Shown here: positions 19,317-28,089 of the stretch, piece after piece
How positions within the stretch are numbered: the stretch's first letter is position 1
How the letters are laid out: each line of letters starts with the position of its first letter
Notes under the pieces: model-generated
Told to the model about the DNA's origin: nothing
Seen by the model: the letters and a program-made list of their open reading frames with translations, nothing else
Databases searched by the model: none
Source of the DNA: Clostridia bacterium
GTDB taxonomy: Bacteria > Bacillota > Clostridia > Oscillospirales > CAG-272
Length of the DNA: 64,000 nt
Assembly: GCA_017461765.1 (NCBI GenBank)
Contig: JAFTXO010000033.1
Span: forward strand, 1,700 to 65,699
Direction: 5' to 3'
Made by a program: the position numbers and the translations under genes

Positions 19317-20447
19317 ATGAGCAAAAATGTTGACACAAAACCACGTGCATCTCTTTCTGCCACCACGGCAAAAAAGAACTCAGTGGGTAAGATCGTAGTC
19401 GTAGTGCTTCTTGCTTTGGTTGCTATAGCATCACTTGTAATGCTTGTTTTGAAGTACCAAACAGATAGCTTGTATGACACAATTTCAAAAGGAATAGAAT
19501 TTGATCCCGATAACATAGCCATTATAGAAAATAAGGAAGTTGTTCAATCGGTTATTTCAAAGGATAAATATTATACACAGGCTGAGACTAACGAGGCGTA
19601 TAAATCGGATATAGCCAAAGTTAAAGATAATTATATCTCAAATAGTACAAAGGCTACCGAAAAGGAAGATATCTTTACATATGTTTTGTATGGCTTGGAT
19701 GCGTATGAAAACGGTCAGGCTGATATAATCACTCTTGTAAGCGTAAACAAGAAAACAAAACAGATTCACTATGTATCAATCGCCCCCAATTCGCTCGTGT
19801 TTATTCCGGAGGTTGCAGACGGTGGAATAGTAGGTCCGCTTTATCATGCATATGATTTCGGCGGCGGAAATCTTCTTGTAAAGACAATCTCTCAAAACTT
19901 TGGTATATATATTCACGGATATGCTGAATTGAACATGGAGGGCGCTGAGAAGGTTATTGGCGAGCTCGGTTCTGTTAAGGTTTCAATGACTGCTGATGAA
20001 ATTGCTCAATTTAATAAAGCGGTTGAATCCTACGATAACAGATTTGATATCGAGGTTAACCCCATCGATTCAAAGGTAGCAGGTGAGTATGAGCTTGATG
20101 TTCAACAGGTTATGGCATACATCCGTGGTGTTAACTCTGAAAGACAAACGGCAGTGTTTACTATTATGAAGGCTGCTGCTAAACAAGCAATGAATGACGG
20201 ATTTGGCGATTTTAAAGACTTTATAACTAACATTCTCGGTGACGGCGTTACTGTAGCAATGGATAAAGACGATTTCGATGTTCTCGTTCAATCTGCTATG
20301 TTCTCGCTTAATGATTATCTTGAAAACGGTTTCGAAACATACATTTTCGGTACTGATACGAAAGAATCTAAGTCTCTCGGCGGTGTTTCATACACTATGT
20401 ATGATTACGAGGACGCACTTCATTCACTCACAAAAGAAATTTATTGA
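19317..20447 (+). CDS. LytR-CpsA-Psr (LCP) family protein, divergent
   Basis: N-terminal TM anchor; VLYGLD..ADIITLVSVN, AY.FGG..LLVKTI..NFGI.I..Y, I.ELG.V.V. Confidence 0.75.
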   Translation: MSKNVDTKPRASLSATTAKKNSVGKIVVVVLLALVAIASLVMLVLKYQTDSLYDTISKGIEFDPDNIAIIENKEVVQSVISKDKYYTQAETNEAYKSDIAKVKDNYISNSTKATEKEDIFTYVLYGLDAYENGQADIITLVSVNKKTKQIHYVSIAPNSLVFIPEVADGGIVGPLYHAYDFGGGNLLVKTISQNFGIYIHGYAELNMEGAEKVIGELGSVKVSMTADEIAQFNKAVESYDNRFDIEVNPIDSKVAGEYELDVQQVMAYIRGVNSERQTAVFTIMKAAAKQAMNDGFGDFKDFITNILGDGVTVAMDKDDFDVLVQSAMFSLNDYLENGFETYIFGTDTKESKSLGGVSYTMYDYEDALHSLTKEIY

Positions 20448-20453
20448 TAATGC

Positions 20454-20478
20454 AAAACGGCAGATCCTCTGCCGTTTT
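20454..20478 (+). terminator. Intrinsic terminator
   Basis: aaaacggcaga-tcc-tctgccgtttt. Confidence 0.7.
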
Positions 20479-20490
20479 CTTATGGAAGAA

Positions 20491-20522
20491 TTGTCACCTT
20501 GAATATCTTTAAAAAGTGACAA
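20491..20522. promoter_or_regulatory. BirA operator
   Basis: TTGTCAC-N18-GTGACAA inverted repeat immediately upstream of birA-bioY, similar to the BirA consensus. Confidence 0.75.
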
Positions 20523-20531
20523 TATACTGAT

Positions 20532-21506
20532 ATGAATATAAAAGAAAATGTTTTTAAAATACTTTTCGATAATATTGGAAAAAGCGTATCGGGAGAAGAT
20601 ATAGCAGAGAAGCTGCATATAAGTCGAAATAGCGTTTGGAAGGCTGTAAAGGCATTAAAAAATGACGGAATAGAAATATTTTCACAAACGAATAAAGGAT
20701 ATACCATGTCTTCGGAAAATGATTTTTTTACGTCTGATACCATAAAAAAATATTTAAAAAGAGAACACGATATAATAATCATAGATGAAGAAACCTCATC
20801 AAATACGGTAGCTAAAAAGTATGCTTCGGAAAAGATGTCTAAGGAAGGCACTGTAGTTATAGTGAAAAGACAAACGCTTGGAAGAGGCAGAATGGGCAGA
20901 ACCTTTTTTTCAAACGAGGAAAACGGTCTTTATATGAGCATCATTTTGCGTCCGAAGATATCTGCAACGGAAAGCGTTGATATAACGGTAATTGGAGCAT
21001 TGGCTGTCGCTCAGGCAATCGAAGAAACATCCTCAAGAATATGCGAAATAAAATGGGTAAACGACATTTTCATTGAAGAAAAAAAAGCGTGCGGAATACT
21101 TACCGAAGCATCTTTTGATTTTGAAAGTGATTCTTTGGAATATGCTATACTTGGCGTCGGTATAAACGTAACTCCGCCGAAGAACGGTTTTAACGAGAAA
21201 ATAAGGGATATAGCAGGCGCAATATATAATGAAAAAGCTCCATACGGGTATAAGGCTAAGCTTTGTGCTGAGGTCATAAATAAATTTTTTGATCACTATC
21301 TTAAATCAAACAAAAACGAATATATTTCCCTTTATCGATCAAAGTCCAATATAATAGGTAAAAACGTTGATGTTTATCGGGGAAATTATATGTTTTTCGG
21401 AAAATGTATCGATATTGATGAAAACGCAAACCTTGTTATTGATACGGAAAAAGGAATATTGAAATTCAATTCCGGAGAAGCGCGAGTAAGAAAAAATGAG
21501 CGGTAA
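20532..21506 (+). CDS. birA: Bifunctional biotin ligase/repressor
   Basis: N-terminal HTH (SGEDIAEKLHISRNSVWK), QTLGRGRMGR, IKWVND, KKACGIL. Confidence 0.95.
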   Translation: MNIKENVFKILFDNIGKSVSGEDIAEKLHISRNSVWKAVKALKNDGIEIFSQTNKGYTMSSENDFFTSDTIKKYLKREHDIIIIDEETSSNTVAKKYASEKMSKEGTVVIVKRQTLGRGRMGRTFFSNEENGLYMSIILRPKISATESVDITVIGALAVAQAIEETSSRICEIKWVNDIFIEEKKACGILTEASFDFESDSLEYAILGVGINVTPPKNGFNEKIRDIAGAIYNEKAPYGYKAKLCAEVINKFFDHYLKSNKNEYISLYRSKSNIIGKNVDVYRGNYMFFGKCIDIDENANLVIDTEKGILKFNSGEARVRKNER

Positions 21507-22023
21507 TCATTCCTCAAAAATAAAAAAGCTTGCAACAATAGGAATGCTTGTTGCTCTTATATCAGTCATATCACAACTCTCAATTCCCATGCCGGGTATG
21601 GTTCCGCTCACGTTGCAAATTTTTGCAATAGCGTTTGTGGGATATTTTTTAGGATGTAAGTATGCAACCGTGACAGTTTGCACATATATTCTTATCGGAG
21701 CTATAGGCGTTCCCGTTTTTGCATCGTTTAAAGGCGGAATAGCGGCACTTTTCGGCTACACAGGTGGTTTCATATGGGGGTTTTTAATTGTTGCTATAAT
21801 GTGCGGCATTTTTGCTGACAGAGCAAAATTAGCAATTTCACTTGGTATCATATCCGTGTTAATTGCGCATTTAATTGGAGTTAGTCAGTATATGATAGTT
21901 GCAAGAGTAGATTTTTTTAAGGGCTTTTTACTCGTTTCCTGCCCATATATCTTAAAGGATATAATTTTAATTCCCATAGCATTTTCCGTAGCAAAAAAAT
22001 TAAAGAAACATATACGATTATAA
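21496..22023 (+). CDS. bioY: Biotin ECF S-component
   Basis: VPLTLQ, YILIGAIGVPVFA, TGGFIWGF; overlaps birA. Confidence 0.93.
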   Translation: MSGNHSSKIKKLATIGMLVALISVISQLSIPMPGMVPLTLQIFAIAFVGYFLGCKYATVTVCTYILIGAIGVPVFASFKGGIAALFGYTGGFIWGFLIVAIMCGIFADRAKLAISLGIISVLIAHLIGVSQYMIVARVDFFKGFLLVSCPYILKDIILIPIAFSVAKKLKKHIRL

Positions 22024-22061
22024 AATAAACCGCACAAGAAATCCTTGTGCGGTTTATTTTA
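22021..22061. terminator. Bidirectional terminator
   Basis: taaaataaaccgcacaag-aaatc-cttgtgcggtttatttta. Confidence 0.8.
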
Positions 22062-22436
22062 GTGACACGATGAGGTGTAAAATTTTTTAATATCCATCTC
22101 GAAAATTCCGTCTTTGTTCGGTCTGTATCCCGATCTTTTAACAAGCTCCTCATAAGAACTGTCAGGCTCAAAATAGGAGCTGTCAATGCCGCATCTGAAC
22201 ATAAAATTCATAGCAGTACGCAGCATTATTATCATAGCCTCCCAATCTTCAACATCGGGAGCATATTTAAGAGCTTCTATTATTCCAATTCCATTATCGA
22301 ACCTGAATTGACAAACACCTATAAATTTACCGTCGTCGGCGCGGTAAGCAAACGAGTTTACATTATATGTAGCAGAGCAGAGAGAGCAGAGCTCCTCTTG
22401 CTCGTTTTTTGATTGAATAGGTTTTACAGTAAGCAT
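22059..22436 (-). CDS. Hypothetical protein, GNAT-like fold
   Basis: AYRADDGKFIGVCQF beta-strand pattern; GAGGTG RBS before MLTVK; last gene of the rluB operon. Confidence 0.65.
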   Translation of the reverse strand: MLTVKPIQSKNEQEELCSLCSATYNVNSFAYRADDGKFIGVCQFRFDNGIGIIEALKYAPDVEDWEAMIIMLRTAMNFMFRCGIDSSYFEPDSSYEELVKRSGYRPNKDGIFEMDIKKFYTSSCH

Positions 22437-22444
22437 ATCACACC

Positions 22445-23173
22445 TCAAATATTTCCCGTATTTCCGTAAAGATAATCAACCTCAGCACTTGTAAGCTCAC
22501 GCCATTTGCCTCTCTCAAGATCACCGAGCTTTAATTTTCCTATGGATATTCTTGTTAGACGCATAACGGTAAGTGAGCACTTTTCACACATTTTTCGTAT
22601 CTGTCTGTTTCGTCCTTCATTAAGTGTAAAAAGAGTATTCGTAGAGCCCTCTTTTTTGGAAATTATCTTTACCCTTGCAGGCTTTATTTTGTATCCGTCT
22701 ATCTCCATAGGAGAATTTAACGCATAAAGATCTTCGTTCGAAAGATCTCCCTTGATAATAACGCTGTACGTTTTCGGGATATGATATTTCGGATGGGTAA
22801 GACGGTTTGTGAGCTCTCCGTCGTTTGTAAGAATAATAAGCCCTTCCGAATACATATCAAGCCTTCCGACGGGATAAAGACGCTCTCCAATATCGGAAAC
22901 CAAGTCCAAAACGGTCTTTCTTCCTTTTTCGTCCGACGAAGTGGAAACATATCCAAGTGGCTTGTTAAGCATTATATATTTCTTTTTTTCAGATGAATTT
23001 TTGATTATTTTACCGTTAAATTCAACAGTATCGTTATTAGGATCTACCTTGTCACCAAGCTTGGCAACATTGCCGTTTATTTTTACATTTCCCGCTTCAA
23101 TAACCTTTTCGGCACTCCTTCGGGACATTATTTTATTATCTGTGAAAAACTTTTGAAGTCTGATCTTTTCCAT
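22445..23173 (-). CDS. rluB: 23S rRNA pseudouridine synthase (RluB/RsuA family)
   Basis: RLQKF..SRR, LNKP.G, PVGRLDMYSEG, EGRNRQIRKM; scpAB neighbourhood. Confidence 0.88.
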   Translation of the reverse strand: MEKIRLQKFFTDNKIMSRRSAEKVIEAGNVKINGNVAKLGDKVDPNNDTVEFNGKIIKNSSEKKKYIMLNKPLGYVSTSSDEKGRKTVLDLVSDIGERLYPVGRLDMYSEGLIILTNDGELTNRLTHPKYHIPKTYSVIIKGDLSNEDLYALNSPMEIDGYKIKPARVKIISKKEGSTNTLFTLNEGRNRQIRKMCEKCSLTVMRLTRISIGKLKLGDLERGKWRELTSAEVDYLYGNTGNI

Positions 23174-23176
23174 TTC

Positions 23177-24277
23177 TTAACCGAATATTCTTTCAAAAAT
23201 AGATTTTTTATATTTTATACCGCTTACGTTTTCCGAAGCATAAATAGGCAGAGAAGCGATCTCTTCATTTCCTAAATAATAAACGATTCTTCCTACATGA
23301 TCGTTTTTCTTAACGGGTGCAAATAAAAACTGATCCGCCTCCAAAACTGCGCGAATATCGTTTTTTAACCCCTTTTTGAGTGTTACCGAAAGATCATCTC
23401 TGTTAGTACATAAAACGCTTGCTTTCGAGCCGTTTACGCAGCTCAAAGATATAGAATAATCACCTTTGCTTGCCAAATTTATAGATTCATATTGCTCAAA
23501 ACCGTAATTTAACATTTTTTTATGATCATTCCAATCGTTTGGAGCGTTTAAAGTTACACATACTAATTCAACACCGTCAACATTGGCACAAGAAACAAGA
23601 CAACGCCCGCTTTTTTTAGTAAATCCGGTTTTTATCCCAATAGCTCCGTCATATGAACGAAGAAGCTTATTGTGATTTACAAGCAATCTCGTTGATGAAT
23701 CATCAAGCGGAATATTTTTGGTTTTCGTTGAAACTATCTCCCTGAAAACAGGATTTTGCATAGCATAACGAGCAATCTTTGCAAGATCGTATGCGGTTGT
23801 ATAATGCTCATCATCGTCAAGTCCGTGCGGATTTGTGAAATTTGTATCAAAAGCACCAATTTTTTTTGATGTCTCGTTCATCATAGAAGCAAAATTTTCA
23901 ACACTTCCGCCGATCTCGTATGCAATAGCGGTCGCCGCATCGTTTGCACTCTCAAGCATAAGAGCATAAATAAGTTCCTTCAAAGTAAGCTTTTCTCCTG
24001 CTTTCAAATAGATAGAAGAGCCCTCAACGCCGACGCTTCGCTCGTCAATCGTAACTGTCTTTTCAAGATCTCCGTTTTCCAAAGCAACAATAGCGGTCAT
24101 AATTTTTGTAGTGCTTGCCATAGGCGCTTTAGAGGTCGAATTTTTTGCGTATACTATATCTCCGCTCTGACTCTCGATCAATATAGCGTATTTTGCCGAA
24201 ATATCAATAGCAAGGCTTGAAAAGCTAAGCAAAGACAAAAGAGAGATAGAGAAGAGAATAAATGTTATTTTTTTCAT
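23177..24277 (-). CDS. dacB: D-alanyl-D-alanine carboxypeptidase (S11; sporulation DacB-like)
   Basis: ASTTK, SAN, NPHGL, KTG motifs; signal peptide. Confidence 0.85.
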   Translation of the reverse strand: MKKITFILFSISLLSLLSFSSLAIDISAKYAILIESQSGDIVYAKNSTSKAPMASTTKIMTAIVALENGDLEKTVTIDERSVGVEGSSIYLKAGEKLTLKELIYALMLESANDAATAIAYEIGGSVENFASMMNETSKKIGAFDTNFTNPHGLDDDEHYTTAYDLAKIARYAMQNPVFREIVSTKTKNIPLDDSSTRLLVNHNKLLRSYDGAIGIKTGFTKKSGRCLVSCANVDGVELVCVTLNAPNDWNDHKKMLNYGFEQYESINLASKGDYSISLSCVNGSKASVLCTNRDDLSVTLKKGLKNDIRAVLEADQFLFAPVKKNDHVGRIVYYLGNEEIASLPIYASENVSGIKYKKSIFERIFG

Positions 24278-24362
24278 ACATCACCAAAAGGGACTGTAAA
24301 TTAACGCTTACGCGCATAATCCCAAGGTTAGTATGTTCATATAAAGACAGAAAAATTTTTGT

Positions 24363-24779
24363 TTATTCTTCCGTTTTTTCCGTAAATTCTTTTTTCTTTG
24401 TAAAAACTGATTTTATTCTTTCAAAAAGCTCGGGAGAATTTTCAACAATGCCCAAAAATTGAACGATAGGATCAGTAGGCTCTTGATTTACGTTGAGAAA
24501 ATCTACTTTACCGTTTGGCTCAATCACCAAAAATCCAACAGGAGAAACAGTAACTCCAGTTCCGCCGCCACCGCCGAAATTTTTGCTTTGAGATGTGTTT
24601 CTTTTTCCAAAAAAATCAACTCCGCCGCTTGCTAAGCCGACAAATACCTTAGAAACGGGAATTATGACAGTTCCGCTGTCAGTATTTATAGGAGTTCCCG
24701 TAACGGTATTTGCATCAAGCATAGTCTTGACATTTTCAAGAGCAGTTTGAATTATTTCGCTTTGCTTGGATTCTTCCAT
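24363..24779 (-). CDS. ytfJ: Sporulation protein YtfJ/GerW
   Basis: DANTVTGTPI, IIPVSKV..G.ASGG, FGGGGGTGVTVSPVGFL. Confidence 0.92.
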   Translation of the reverse strand: MEESKQSEIIQTALENVKTMLDANTVTGTPINTDSGTVIIPVSKVFVGLASGGVDFFGKRNTSQSKNFGGGGGTGVTVSPVGFLVIEPNGKVDFLNVNQEPTDPIVQFLGIVENSPELFERIKSVFTKKKEFTEKTEE

Positions 24780-24793
24780 AATATTCTCCATTC

Positions 24794-25372
24794 TCAAATA
24801 TATAAATATAAGCGTTTAAGTGCCTCTAATATAGGCAAACGCATAGTTATCGATGCATTAAAATGCGATTTTTGTGATATATAATTCGGGGTTATAACAA
24901 TGTTTTTTAAAGAAGAGAGGTCTATATTTGATATTTCATCGAGAAATCCCACAAAATAAGCAACACTTTGAACAACTGCGTTGTGAGCAAATGTGACCGC
25001 TACCGCGTCTTTTCCACCAATGTTAATATCGAGCTTTGAAATTTTAAAGGTTACACAGTCGATAAGATGCTTTGTAAGAAGCTCCGAAAGCTCTTTGAAT
25101 TCCTCTAAAAGATCTATTATATCCTCATAAAAAAGCTCATTGTTTTCGATAACCTTTTCTGACGGAATATCGCTTTCATGATAATGATCGAATTTTTCTT
25201 TGAGAAATTTATGCTTTCTGAAAAGACGGATCTTTATAAAGCCGAACTGAGTATAGCACCTTATATGCTTATCGTAAATAATATGAACGCTTGCACAAGA
25301 AGACAAAACGATGACGACAGTAAGCAGAAGTATGGCAACTGCGATCAATAATATAATCAGCCATATAGGCAT
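24794..25372 (-). CDS. YtfI-like (DUF2953) protein
   Basis: N-terminal TM, GGKDAVAV motif, position upstream of ytfJ. Confidence 0.65.
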   Translation of the reverse strand: MPIWLIILLIAVAILLLTVVIVLSSCASVHIIYDKHIRCYTQFGFIKIRLFRKHKFLKEKFDHYHESDIPSEKVIENNELFYEDIIDLLEEFKELSELLTKHLIDCVTFKISKLDINIGGKDAVAVTFAHNAVVQSVAYFVGFLDEISNIDLSSLKNIVITPNYISQKSHFNASITMRLPILEALKRLYLYI

Positions 25373-25398
25373 ATTATCATCTCCGTTCTGAAAAATTG

Positions 25399-26022
25399 TT
25401 ATTCCTGAGCTACCTCAGCCTCGTTCTCCGAGCCTTCGCTTTGATTGAGATCGATATCCATAGGTATGATCTCTCCCTCGTTTTTGAGCCTTGGAATATC
25501 AACGTAGGGAAGCTGCTCAAGCGTCTCTATACCGAAGCATCTTAAAAAGGTTGGGGTAGTGCGGTAAAGATTAGGTCTTCCCGGTACATCAAGACGTCCG
25601 CAAACCTCAATAAGATTTTTTTCGCAAAGATTTCCTACAATGTAAGCACTGTCTACCTTTCGTACAGTATCGATAAATGTACGCGTTACAGGCTCATTAT
25701 AAGCGATTATTGCCAGAACCTCGAGCGATGAAGCAGATAAATTTCCGCCTTTCCTTATACCGAGCGCTTCTTTTATGTAGGGAAGAAATTGCTCCTTTGT
25801 ACAAAGCTGACACGAGCTTTCGAAGCAGAGAAGCATAATTCCTCTTTTATCGTTTTCATTGTATTTTTCGGCAAAGGCCTTTACTTTTTTCTTTATTTGA
25901 GATTCCGAATATCCCAAAGCCTCTGCAAGCTTCGAGTAATTCATAGGATGTCCCGCTGCGAACAAAATTGCCTCGATAGCTTTTTCCAAATCTTTAGTTT
26001 CGACCTTTTGAATGTTATCCAT
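25399..26022 (-). CDS. scpB: SMC-Scp complex subunit ScpB
   Basis: IEAILFAAG, LEVLAIIAYNEPVTR, GRPNLYRTT..FL. Confidence 0.95.
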   Translation of the reverse strand: MDNIQKVETKDLEKAIEAILFAAGHPMNYSKLAEALGYSESQIKKKVKAFAEKYNENDKRGIMLLCFESSCQLCTKEQFLPYIKEALGIRKGGNLSASSLEVLAIIAYNEPVTRTFIDTVRKVDSAYIVGNLCEKNLIEVCGRLDVPGRPNLYRTTPTFLRCFGIETLEQLPYVDIPRLKNEGEIIPMDIDLNQSEGSENEAEVAQE

Positions 26023-26797
26023 TGTTTTCTACCTCTGCATTTCTGATCTTTCCTGAGAACAGCTCAATATAAATGTCCTTTTGAAGATCAATAACGCCTG
26101 TTTCCGTAAACTCTATTTCCTCTTCCTTGATAAAAATTCTTCCTGACTTGAGCATTTCAAGCAAAGCCATAAATGTAGCCACCAGCTCGTGCTTTGTTGC
26201 GATACCTTCAAAGCTTTTCATAACGTTTACTCTGCCGTTATTTATCAAAAGTATTCTTAGAATAGCGAAAACCCTTTCGTTTACCGATACGGTACGCGTG
26301 CTTATAAGTGGCTTTATTTTCTCGGAAGCCTCTTCATCGGTTATTTGTATACTGTTCATAACCCTTGTGAAGGCTATTGAAAGAAGATTTATGTCATGCT
26401 CCGCAACGTAAGAGCGGTCAACCGATATTTCATCAGTATCCTTTACCATTCTTCCGTTGTACATAGCATACATTCCGCCAAGCTTTTGAGAAGCCTCCTT
26501 GGCTCTTTGATATTCCAACAAAGCAGCAGCAAGAGCTTCTCTCGGATCTTCCTCATCTTCGCTGATTTTCGGTAAGAGGATCTTGCTTTTTATGTACATA
26601 AGCTCAGATGCCATAACTATAAATTCAGCAGAAAGCTCAATGTTCATAGACTGCATATTGTTTATATATTCCATATATTGATCGCAGATCAAGGATATCT
26701 GAATATCCTCGATATTCATCTTGTTTTTGGAAATAAGGGAGAGCAATAGGTCAAGAGGTCCTTCAAATTGCTCGATTTTATAAACGATTTGTTCCAT
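26015..26797 (-). CDS. scpA: Segregation/condensation protein ScpA
   Basis: FEGPLDLLL, EFIVMASEL..IKSK.LLP, TFMALLEM. Confidence 0.95.
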   Translation of the reverse strand: MEQIVYKIEQFEGPLDLLLSLISKNKMNIEDIQISLICDQYMEYINNMQSMNIELSAEFIVMASELMYIKSKILLPKISEDEEDPREALAAALLEYQRAKEASQKLGGMYAMYNGRMVKDTDEISVDRSYVAEHDINLLSIAFTRVMNSIQITDEEASEKIKPLISTRTVSVNERVFAILRILLINNGRVNVMKSFEGIATKHELVATFMALLEMLKSGRIFIKEEEIEFTETGVIDLQKDIYIELFSGKIRNAEVENNG

Positions 26798-26804
26798 TTA
26801 TACC

Positions 26805-27479
26805 TCAAAAAATAAAAGAGAATAGTGACATAAACCCATTGAAAACAAGGTTTACGATATACGAAAGTCCGCCTGTGATATGTCCTCCCAACCATCTTGA
26901 ATCAAGAAGCCACAGGGCGAAAAATCCAAGAGCGATCTCTCTTTCGTAGCGCATGATGCTAAAATAAATTCTTTCCGGCAGAAATACCATAAAGATTCTT
27001 GAGCCATCGAGTGGCGGCAAAGGAATAAGGTTGAATATAGCCAAAGAAATATTGAGCCATGCAAAATAAAAGAAAAACTCTAAAATAATAAATACGAGCC
27101 AATAAGTGATCTTATTTACTTCAACTCCTCTGAATATAAAAAGAACAATGGAATAAAGCAAGCAGCCGATAAAACCGAGTAAAAGATTTGTCACAGGGCC
27201 AGCAAGAGCGGAAAGCGCCATGCCCCTCTTTGGATTTTTAAAATATCGGGTATTTATCGGTACAGGTCTTGCCCATCCGAAGTGAAACAAGATCAATGAA
27301 ATAGCGCCGAAGATGTCAATATGTCTCATAGGGTTGAGAGATAAACGACCGTTAATTTTGGCAGTCGGATCTCCTAATTTATAAGCAACAAACCCGTGTG
27401 CACATTCATGAAACGTAAGCGCTATCAAAACAACGGGAACTGTAATAATAAGACTTACAAGATCAGCAATATCAAACAC
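26805..27479 (-). CDS. Site-2 (M50) membrane metalloprotease
   Basis: HECAH, AGPVTN, FNLIPLPPLDG; GTG start. Confidence 0.92.
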   Translation of the reverse strand: MFDIADLVSLIITVPVVLIALTFHECAHGFVAYKLGDPTAKINGRLSLNPMRHIDIFGAISLILFHFGWARPVPINTRYFKNPKRGMALSALAGPVTNLLLGFIGCLLYSIVLFIFRGVEVNKITYWLVFIILEFFFYFAWLNISLAIFNLIPLPPLDGSRIFMVFLPERIYFSIMRYEREIALGFFALWLLDSRWLGGHITGGLSYIVNLVFNGFMSLFSFIF

Positions 27480-27481
27480 TG

Positions 27482-28084
27482 TTATTTCTCCGCATATTTA
27501 AATATTTCGTTCCAAACATCATCCTTGCCCTCGCGTGTTTCGGATGAAAAGAGAATTATCGTTGTTCCTTCTCTTAAAACAGGATTTGAAACGAGCTTTT
27601 CAACGGAATTTTTTCTTTCCGTTTTGTTAAGCTTATCTACCTTGGTAGCAGCTATAATGTATGGAACATCTGCCTCGTTCATATACGAGATCATATCAAG
27701 ATCGTCCTTTGTATACCCGGTTCTTGAATCCACGAGCTGAATAACAAGCTTCAAAAGGTCAATATTGGGGTTTTTTGTAAAGTAACCGTCAACCAGATTT
27801 GACCATATAGCCTGCTCGGAAGCTGTTCTTTTAGCATATCCGTATCCGGGTAAATCAACCAAAAAAAGCTTTGAATCTATATCATAAAAGTTTACGGTTA
27901 TCGTCTTTCCGGGAGTACTGCTTACTCTTGCAAGAGATTTTCTGTTGAGAAGAGTATTTATAAGCGAGCTTTTTCCAACATTGGATCTTCCCGAAAAAGC
28001 GACCTGCGGGATAGGATTACGCAAAAACTGAGAAGCCTTTCCCGCACTTATTTTTAAAGTGACATTGTTTGTGTTTATTTTCAT
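27482..28084 (-). CDS. ysxC: Ribosome biogenesis GTPase YsxC/YihA (EngB)
   Basis: GRSNVGKSS, STPGKT, DLPGYGYA, TKVDK. Confidence 0.95.
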   Translation of the reverse strand: MKINTNNVTLKISAGKASQFLRNPIPQVAFSGRSNVGKSSLINTLLNRKSLARVSSTPGKTITVNFYDIDSKLFLVDLPGYGYAKRTASEQAIWSNLVDGYFTKNPNIDLLKLVIQLVDSRTGYTKDDLDMISYMNEADVPYIIAATKVDKLNKTERKNSVEKLVSNPVLREGTTIILFSSETREGKDDVWNEIFKYAEK

Positions 28085-28089
28085 TTAAT

